Below are positions 8,228-16,700 of a DNA stretch of 64,000 nucleotides, piece by piece (positions within the stretch are counted from its first letter, which is position 1; the number at the start of each line of letters is the position of its first letter). Below the pieces are notes generated by a model, which saw only the letters and a list, made by a program, of their open reading frames with translations, did no database searches and was not told the origin of the DNA. A program made the position numbers and the translations under genes. The DNA comes from a virus (taxonomy: Duplodnaviria; Caudoviricetes). The DNA lies in the IMG/VR virus record IMGVR_UViG_3300020050_012045, positions 94,597 to 158,596 of that record; one strand, written 5' to 3'.

Positions 8228-11178
8228 ACTTCTGAATCATCGCCTGCTGTGTCTGGATCTAATTCCGTTCCCTTTGTTGGTGCATCAAAGTCAGACAGCT
8301 CGTTGGCCAGCATGTCTATCTCAGCCTTATCATACACCGGCCCCATGTCTGGAGCCGTTGGTTTGAAAAAGTGACCAATACCCGAGTAGCTTTGTTTTGG
8401 CACTGGAAATCCATGTTTCTCCACTAGGTATTTGTCATGCGGCTCAAAGGGGTTAGTAGTTGGTTTAGTGTTATAGTAACTCAAGGTATGCTGAATGTCT
8501 TCTTTAGGTATCGTCAAAAACGGCTGCTTGTGCTGAAAAATTAGCTCATGCTCATGTGGGTGTATGTGATCTTGTGTTTCGGACACTTTATGGACGCCAG
8601 AATGTAACAGGTCTTCCACTGGCATCCACTTTCTCATCATGACAGAAGCATTGTTTTGACCACGAACGTAACGCTCAGAAAAGCTTTTTGCGATACTCTG
8701 CTTGGTCGTCCACGAGCTAAACTGAGCATTGGGAATCTGGACGTCATCCGCTCCTTGATCCAAAGCGGTCTTGATTTTATGTCCGTATTCACCACCGACA
8801 CCACGATACACTAAAATATGGGGTTTGCCATCGATATGTTTGATTGCAGCTCTTGGATCTTTCAGAAGCGCGGATTGAACGTCCTGAGCATGGAGGGCTA
8901 TGCCCTTGTGAATGCCTGGGTATACACTTGAGCGCCCCCTATCTCCTCTGAAGCCGGTCAGTGTCACATCATCGTCATTGCCATTGTGATACTTCTGAAC
9001 AGTTGCAAAATGATCAGCCTTAACTGATTGTTCGTAATCATTCCAGAACTTATGGACTCTTTCCTTGATTAGAGATGGATGGGAATGTAACCTCTCTAAC
9101 AGCTCTTGGTGTCTCTCTGTCTTGTGCTGATTGTAGGGATATCTATCGAGCACGTAAACAATCTGGGAGATCATCCTAGGGTTGTCGAAATGACTATTCA
9201 GATCCTGTCGGTCTGGGTCGATCGATAGCTGATTGGCGATCATGTCAGCAGGCTGAGTTCCTGACAAGGACGACACAGCTTGGGCAATTTGCTCAGAGTT
9301 GAGACGCACCCCTAGTTCTGCATTACTTCCAATTTGAGACAAAGCAAATCCCCCAATCGCTGGATGATTGGCCAATTCATGAGCGATTACTTTTTGCTTT
9401 TGAGAGTCCTGCACCATACGATGAAGACCAAGCACTATATTTGAGTCCCACATCGGGTTTTGCTTCCACAAAGCGTGGTAGAGTTTAGCTCGATCTTGCG
9501 GTCCAACGTTTGCCTCAAGCAGTGCATGTGTCGGAATTCCGTTACCGCTAGCGACCGCCGCATCTAGCGTTCTGTGGAATTCCTCGGGGGTCACAGTGGA
9601 AGCTAGATGTGGCGGTAAAAACATAGCTCGCCCTGGAGAACTCATAGCCCACTGTTTGAACTTTTCACCCAGCCTAGGCTTCGTGCTAATATCGGGATCT
9701 TTTAGAGACTCACCATCCCCTTGCAAAAAATCCATCACGGTATTGGTGCTTAAGTGCGGCTGAGCCGTGTCAGAAGTGAAGCTGTTCTCGAAAAAGTTTA
9801 CGAGACCATCTTCAGATGCAAGCCTCATCTCATGGCCGATGTCTCTTTCCAAGTAATTAGAGATCTTCTCGAAACTTGGGAATTTTTCAGCCGCCTCAGA
9901 AAATCTACTTAGAGAGATGTCGGCAAAAACCCGTCTCTTCAGGGGGTTGTCGCTATTAAGGACTTTGCTGATTGATGAATGAATCCCCCCTTGATTCCAG
10001 ATCGCCTCAATTGGTGCTTCTTTTAGAAACTTTTTCAACTGTCCTGCCGACATCGCCTTGATCATCCCATCTGGCGGCGGTGCAGGAACGCCGTATGGAT
10101 TCTTATTATTCTTGACCTCTGAGAGATACAGATCTTGCTGCCTTTGGACGTCATCAGACAGTGGATTATGTTCATTGAGATCGATCTCGTGCTGCCTCTG
10201 CTTCTGTCTCTTCTGTTCAGCCTCATGCTCAGCAAGCTCTTGTTCGTCCATCAGAAACCAAGGCTCGTCATCTTCTGCCTTAACCAAGCTCTCATTAGGC
10301 TTGACCCACAGCTTCAGCATCAGACCAATCGAGTTCTTGGCGTTCTTCAGGGTGTCAAACCGTCGCTTGAACGGTTCGACATCGATCCCATACTCTCTCA
10401 AGATCTGGAAAACCCTAGTCTCGTCAATCGAGTTCAGCCAGTTCAGGAACTGAGTCTCTTGAACAGCTGATGGTTTAGCTAGATATCGTAACTTAGCCTC
10501 AGGAGGAAGGGTGTTAAAACCCTTGGGAGCGTCCGACCGCAAGTAGTACGGGATGAAGGTCTTGGTGTCGCCACCTGGATTGAAGCCATCACCCGCGAAC
10601 GCCCCACCGTGGTCAATCAGTTTGACGTCTTCGGTCTCTGGGTCAATCAGAATGTTATTTGAGTGACGGTCAGTGTTCCCAAGAACGTAGTCAAGGAATG
10701 ACCATTGCCACATTTGGCCACTGTCTTGGTAGTCCTTAAAGATATCAATGACGCCCTGTTCGCCAGTTGGCTTCTTTTGTAGGAACGGAATGTTCTTGTA
10801 GCCTGTGTCGGCCAGTTCGATTGCGGCGGTCTCGTGGCCGTCCAGGAAGACAACTGTTGCTTTGGCGAACTGGTCACCATCCCCAACTAGTGACGCGATC
10901 TCAGAGAACGCCGCTTCGCGCTTGGACTTAGAGACAGGTAGGTCGTTAACCCCAGCAGCTGGTGATTGTTTCGAGACTTCTGGCTTAAGGAGCCATGCTC
11001 GTTCGTTTTCGGGATCCAGCGCAATCGCCGCCCCGTTGGAATACTTACCGGCCAAATGGATATCAAACACGAGGTGCTTAGCGTAAGCTTGCTGAATAGC
11101 CTCGGCGGTCCCCTTGTCTTTGGCGAACAATGGCTGGACGTCACGTGGAATGACGGAAGCTGAGAATTTAGCGTCCAT
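8212..11178 (-). CDS. Polyvalent protein: PI3/PI4-kinase-like (HipA/CtkA-type) kinase + C-terminal R-S-E ADP-ribosyltransferase
   Basis: LLKP...REAA...DYVLGNTDRHSNN...LIDHG kinase; VYRGV...FSSWT...HEHELI ART; LVKAE linker. Confidence 0.8.
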   Translation of the reverse strand: MDAKFSASVIPRDVQPLFAKDKGTAEAIQQAYAKHLVFDIHLAGKYSNGAAIALDPENERAWLLKPEVSKQSPAAGVNDLPVSKSKREAAFSEIASLVGDGDQFAKATVVFLDGHETAAIELADTGYKNIPFLQKKPTGEQGVIDIFKDYQDSGQMWQWSFLDYVLGNTDRHSNNILIDPETEDVKLIDHGGAFAGDGFNPGGDTKTFIPYYLRSDAPKGFNTLPPEAKLRYLAKPSAVQETQFLNWLNSIDETRVFQILREYGIDVEPFKRRFDTLKNAKNSIGLMLKLWVKPNESLVKAEDDEPWFLMDEQELAEHEAEQKRQKQRQHEIDLNEHNPLSDDVQRQQDLYLSEVKNNKNPYGVPAPPPDGMIKAMSAGQLKKFLKEAPIEAIWNQGGIHSSISKVLNSDNPLKRRVFADISLSRFSEAAEKFPSFEKISNYLERDIGHEMRLASEDGLVNFFENSFTSDTAQPHLSTNTVMDFLQGDGESLKDPDISTKPRLGEKFKQWAMSSPGRAMFLPPHLASTVTPEEFHRTLDAAVASGNGIPTHALLEANVGPQDRAKLYHALWKQNPMWDSNIVLGLHRMVQDSQKQKVIAHELANHPAIGGFALSQIGSNAELGVRLNSEQIAQAVSSLSGTQPADMIANQLSIDPDRQDLNSHFDNPRMISQIVYVLDRYPYNQHKTERHQELLERLHSHPSLIKERVHKFWNDYEQSVKADHFATVQKYHNGNDDDVTLTGFRGDRGRSSVYPGIHKGIALHAQDVQSALLKDPRAAIKHIDGKPHILVYRGVGGEYGHKIKTALDQGADDVQIPNAQFSSWTTKQSIAKSFSERYVRGQNNASVMMRKWMPVEDLLHSGVHKVSETQDHIHPHEHELIFQHKQPFLTIPKEDIQHTLSYYNTKPTTNPFEPHDKYLVEKHGFPVPKQSYSGIGHFFKPTAPDMGPVYDKAEIDMLANELSDFDAPTKGTELDPDTAGDDSEVWEKS

Positions 11179-13715
11179 CAGAACATCCTCCGAAGTTGCT
11201 CAATGTCATTAACCGTCTGTTGTGTCCGTGGTAGTCCATATGCAAAAATAGCCGCCCACACCGGATTGTCATCGTACCGCCACAGTGCTTCTCTGTAAAG
11301 GTCTTCATCAAACTGAGCGTGAGGCGCTAGGGTCTTAGCTGCACGGAACTCTGGCAAGGAGGAGAAATCCCCCATTGCGATCTTAACCGGGGTGTGGAAC
11401 CTGTTCAGAATGTGCTGATAGTCTTGAGTGTACTGTTGCTGGTCGAATTTGTGAAGGTTATTGAGTTCGACCCAGTTCATGATCTCGGACTTTCCAAGAT
11501 AGTTCTCTTGGGTTGGCACGCCTAGATACTTTTCATTATTCTGGGTCTGAGCAGACTCTGGACCATAACCACCCTTAACTGGGGTGTACCCCATTTTAGG
11601 GGGAGCGTCACCGTAAGTGTTCTGGTGGTGGTGAGTTAATGGTTCATTGGGATCTAGACCAGATAAATCAGGGTTTTTGTGCTTAGCTTCGGCAGTGAAC
11701 ATGACGACTTTAAGCGGCTGGTGGTCAGTGACCTGCCCTGAGTCACGAAGATGTTGGTGGAACGCTTCGTGGAGCACAGTAGTTGGGGCCTTACCTTGCC
11801 ACAAAATCTTTTTAATTTTGTCCCACTTTACCCCTTGGACGTGGCCGTTTGTCTGGGAGTAGTCGGACTGAAGCTCGTCAATGTGAGGGATGCCGTCGTC
11901 ACCCTTAGTGTATCTGACCCAACCTATGCCGTCATCAGCCGCAACTGGGTGAACGCCAGACTTAACGATCTTGTCGTGTAAGTCTTTGTATTCGTGATAG
12001 ACGCCTTCGGCAAGCATTTGGCGCTTTTGACCTGGCGTCATGTGAAGCCTGAAGACGTCCTGGTTGGGGTGCCCATCTTCGTCTTCTAGGTGGTCGTCAT
12101 GTCTCTGGTGGGGTCCGTCATAGTATCCGTGAGAGTATTTGTACTGAAGCTTAGGGAGTGAATCGATTCTCTGGCTTAGCTTAGTGACGTCAGTGTTTCC
12201 CTTGCCATCGAACACGTGAGCGTGACCTTGGGTCCGAAGGTCGATTCCCAGATCCTTAAGCTGTTTCTCGTTGATTACCCCGTTGTTTTGTTTGGCATGC
12301 ATTCTAGCCAAACGAAGACGATTGGACCCAATAGTGACACCAATGTGTGAACCGGAATTATCGACGTTTCTTAATCCGTTGATGATTGGATGGAAACCAA
12401 CTGGGTACATCGCCTTAAGTTTTTCAAATTGTTGATCGTTAGCGACAGGCAGTAGTCGCTCTAGGAGTTTACCTCCGTCGCGATTATAGTAGTCAGGTGG
12501 AGATTTCATGGTTGACATATAGTTCTCTATATGTCGCTCATCGATTGGCAGATGTAGAAGATCGTCAGGCTCCCTATCTCCCGTAAACAGCTTTAGTGAA
12601 TGCTCTTTATCAAACTTCGGGTGGTCAGTCAGCCGGAAAGTATGGGTTGGATTCTCGTCCATCAGGCGATGGATATCTTGGGACTCAAGATGAGGCGACT
12701 GGGTAATCTGCCTCAGAATTTCTTCCTGTGCAAACTGATGAGTGGACAGAACCGGATCGTTACGCAACCGATCGTACACTTCCATGGTTTTGTTACGCGA
12801 AATTCTTCCCGCCGCTTGAGCCGCAACCCAGTCGTTACGTTGGGTCAGTTTATCCAAGTGTTGAGGCGTAGCATGTTTAGCGGCAGCTAGGAGCCCAGGG
12901 TGCTTGTCGACCATGTAGTCTTGGGACTCGGGCGACCACTTGACGTTTCTTGAAATCTCACCATTTAATTCTTCCAAAGCGTACGGTGTGGCATTTTGGG
13001 CAAAGAACTGCTTTTGCGCCTCTGGCGAGAAAACGTGCTCAAGACCAGGCGAACTTAAGTCGTTAAAAGCTAACCTAAGCTTCCTTGGTGGTGCAGCGGG
13101 ATTCAACGCCGCTTGCTTGACCATGTCGCCAACAACTCGATGCACAACCTCTGGATGTTTCTCTGCAAACTCAGCTCTGCCTTCTGAGGTGAGGTTTTGG
13201 TTAACAAACAAGTCGTAAGCGTTCTCTGGGGTTAGCTTGTGGGCGGCTTCTATCGGAGCACGCCCTTGGCCTGTCTTGACCAACTTACCGTACAGGTCGT
13301 TCATGACCTCCGGGTCTTGAGCAAATGGATGCTCGAATACCTTGGTCACATTGATGGAATTTCGATCAGTTGAACTATTCACGATGTGATCAAACTGATC
13401 TTTTGACAGAGCGGGGTTATCAAGGGCGTCCGAGCTGAGGTTGAAGTAGTTTCGAGGGAAGTTATTTATGACAGCCTTGATCAAATGAGCATAAGCGGGG
13501 TTCTTGATTAGCTGTGACCTAGCGGTCTTAAACAGCTGCTGCTGATCACTGGACCGATAGTTAGGGTCTATCAGAGCATGAGCTAGCGAGTCGCTAATCT
13601 TGTGCGTCTTGATTTTTTCGGCGATTTTACGGGCTTTAGGTGATGGCCAGTCGTTCTCGTTTTGTTCAATGAGATACGCCTCTTCCTCAGGTGTCAGGCT
13701 CGGAATGTCACTCAT
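11178..13715 (-). CDS. Polyvalent protein with helical repeats and GWVR...IDELQSD domain
   Basis: Helical-repeat-like N-terminal half; E-x-QSD motif seen in phage polyvalent proteins; LGKSE linker. Confidence 0.6.
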   Translation of the reverse strand: MSDIPSLTPEEEAYLIEQNENDWPSPKARKIAEKIKTHKISDSLAHALIDPNYRSSDQQQLFKTARSQLIKNPAYAHLIKAVINNFPRNYFNLSSDALDNPALSKDQFDHIVNSSTDRNSINVTKVFEHPFAQDPEVMNDLYGKLVKTGQGRAPIEAAHKLTPENAYDLFVNQNLTSEGRAEFAEKHPEVVHRVVGDMVKQAALNPAAPPRKLRLAFNDLSSPGLEHVFSPEAQKQFFAQNATPYALEELNGEISRNVKWSPESQDYMVDKHPGLLAAAKHATPQHLDKLTQRNDWVAAQAAGRISRNKTMEVYDRLRNDPVLSTHQFAQEEILRQITQSPHLESQDIHRLMDENPTHTFRLTDHPKFDKEHSLKLFTGDREPDDLLHLPIDERHIENYMSTMKSPPDYYNRDGGKLLERLLPVANDQQFEKLKAMYPVGFHPIINGLRNVDNSGSHIGVTIGSNRLRLARMHAKQNNGVINEKQLKDLGIDLRTQGHAHVFDGKGNTDVTKLSQRIDSLPKLQYKYSHGYYDGPHQRHDDHLEDEDGHPNQDVFRLHMTPGQKRQMLAEGVYHEYKDLHDKIVKSGVHPVAADDGIGWVRYTKGDDGIPHIDELQSDYSQTNGHVQGVKWDKIKKILWQGKAPTTVLHEAFHQHLRDSGQVTDHQPLKVVMFTAEAKHKNPDLSGLDPNEPLTHHHQNTYGDAPPKMGYTPVKGGYGPESAQTQNNEKYLGVPTQENYLGKSEIMNWVELNNLHKFDQQQYTQDYQHILNRFHTPVKIAMGDFSSLPEFRAAKTLAPHAQFDEDLYREALWRYDDNPVWAAIFAYGLPRTQQTVNDIEQLRRMF

Positions 13716-16700
13716 TATTGCACCTTAGCCATCTGGGGCATCTTTGAGATAATGTCAGCTGCACGGTCGTTGACAACCCTACCGTAATGCTTATGGAAGT
13801 CCTGGATATACTTTTCTGACTCTGGGGTTAGTCCAGTTTCGATTTGTTTTCTGGCACCGTTCTCGCCCCAACGCCAACCAAGGGCGGAATGTCCAATGTT
13901 TCCATTAAATACCGACTTCAGCCGATTCCACTCTTTGCCAGCAACAGTGTTGTACAGATGAGGGTTTGTCTGGAACTCTTTTAGGAACGCCGCCTGAACC
14001 TGTGGGTTCTTTTTCAGCTCCAACGGATGCTGTGACAACGGAGCGATGTTCGGGTAGATCTTCCGTAACGTTGGATCGTTGACGAAGTGCTCTAACCCGG
14101 TAGATGGCTTCATCCCCAACGGGCCGTAAGCGGTTTCAAACTCGCCGCCAGAATGAGCGGCATGGCCCCACAACTTACCACCAGCGGATTCATTCCCGGC
14201 TAATGCGACTAATTCAGGGTGTAACCCCTGCATGGTCCACGAACGCTTTGCTTCAAACTTGCCTGGAACATGAACTGTTTGGGCATCAGCAGACGTAGCC
14301 CCAAAGCCCTTAGTCTGGTCCATTTGGATTGGGTCTTTAGGCTGAGCCTGTACTGAACCTGACAAAATGGAGGCGGCTGCTAAACCCATTAGCTGATGCT
14401 TGAAAGACTTGCTAAGGGGTTCATTCACTACCACCCATTCTAGTAGCTGTTCAGTGGTCGGGGCAAACGATTTAGCTAGCTGTCCTGGCACGGAAATTGC
14501 TGCACGGGTCGAGACTGGCTTGACGGCCTTCATGTACCGACATGCTGCGTCAAAGACGTTATGTGGGAGCTTGTCTTTAGCTAAACTAAGATATTGGTTA
14601 CGAAAACCATATGAAGCGTACTTCCACGGAACGAGCTTAGGATCGTAAAGTAGAACATGATCAACATCTTCACCCAACCCGCGAACTATCTTGGCAGGAA
14701 GTGAAACCTTCTTATCTGGACAGTTAGCCAACGTCTCAAGGGCGTAAGATGACGGACCGTTAAGAAGAACGTGGTCAACGTCGAGCAAACCTTCACAAAC
14801 AAGCTCAGCTAAAGCGTCGTCACCCATGTCGTGCCAGTCGGTCATTGACGACCGTTGGTGTTCTGGAGCGTTTCTCAAAGCTTCCTTGATGACGTTCAGG
14901 TTCTCGCCCTTTTGAACTTGATCAGCTTTTGGATGTTCCCATTCATCTCTTCTTCCCATTGGAAGTCCCGTGTGCTGCTCCAAAGCTCTTACAGCTAAAT
15001 TTTTAGCCGATGGATGATCGAATGAGTGAAAATTACATCCACCTTTGTGATTAGCTAAGGCATACAGCTCTTTCTTGTTTGGGTGGACAAAACCCTCTAT
15101 TCCCGCGATGTTCTCATCAGATCCTTTTAATTTAGTGTGAGCTATCATGCGGTTTCCGTATGACTTCACCTCTGTCTCGTACGGACTCTCTGGCTGAGCC
15201 AGCTGTTCATCAAGTGAACGACCATCTCCGCGAATAACCGATATTGGGGTTGGCTTAGGTCCGTTGTATTCAGCGTAATGCAAGTGCTTAGGTTCTGTGG
15301 CTAATTTAACGGATAGTTCCGGATCTTGAGTAAGTTTCTGCCAAGTTTTGTGAGCGCCAAGAGAGACGTGGGTATCGGACGCCATTCGTCCATGCGTTTT
15401 GACCATTTGCTTATACAGCAAGGTTCCGTATCCTTGACCTATAAGGTGGCGAGCTGTGGCCGTTTCACCATGCTGAACAACAGGGTGCTCATCGTTCCAT
15501 GGGAGCCCTCTGTCTACATTGTATTGAGAAGCAGGGGTAGTGCCCGAAGCCGAACTGGCGAACCTCTCGCCAGCGAGCGGAGTTGGGCTGTTTGTTAATT
15601 CATGAAAGGTAGAGACATACCCCGATTGACCGACTGGCTGGTGATAAACATGATGATATATGCGACCGCCACCTAAGTCGGTGTTGGTGTCGTATGTTTC
15701 AACTTTATGCTGAGCTTCACTGCCGTAGATTTTATGGGGAGTCATACGTCGAGCAGTGTCTTCGCTAGTCAAGCCCACTTTCTTGAGATCTTCACCCTTA
15801 AGGACGTACTCGTATGGAGCGAACCGAGAATCAAAGTCGCCTGGCTGCTTGTCGCCGACCGTAGATGCTTCGGGTTTGTAGTCCATTCCGTGCTTTTGAG
15901 ACAAATGTTGGTGAACAGCGGACGCAGCAGTTGAATGCTCGTCTCCCTTAACTCGGCCAATACCCAGATGCTTAGCATGAACAAGAAGCGCTTCGTAAGC
16001 GAGCTTGCCTAGCCCCTTGCCTCTGTGTGGGTTATCCACAGACGAGAACCGTACCCTAGCTACAGACGGTTTGAAATGGAGCATTCCAGAAACCATTCCG
16101 GCTTCCTTAGCTTTGTGCCAAATCTTGGCTCCAATACCGTGCTCTCCTGGATCGCCAAAGTCGCGGGTTTCGACAGTCATCCGATAACCGTCTTTGACCA
16201 GCTCAGGGGGCAACATATGCGTGTACGAGTGAACTGGACCCCAATGGGTTGAAGTCAGCTTCTTGCCCTTAGGGATATCCGACAGGGATTTAGATAGGTC
16301 TTCAGCTGGAGCTTCGTTATCTTCCCAGTTTTCCTCGTCAAAGGATTCAGGTTGAATGTCAATCCCAGTCTTGGTGACGGTTTCAAGCTTGTACTGAGAC
16401 GCATCGCTCAGATGTAACGCCTTCATTTGGGCGATTTTGTTGATTGCGTCACGACGTTGGTTGTTTGAGCCATCGTCATTGGTCGCTTGATCAGAGGAAT
16501 CATAGGTTTCGACGTGCAGCCCCATGTTGCGAAGGAGTTGCTTAGTATGCTCAGACGCCGTATGTGGAACGACAGCACCCTTGAACTCATGAAGACCGAC
16601 CGCTCGCTGAGGCTTAGCTTCAAAATACTCGGTTGGTAGGTTACGCAGACGATGAGCGAATTCTGCGATCTTGGCGACTTGGTGAGGCTGGAGGTCCAGG

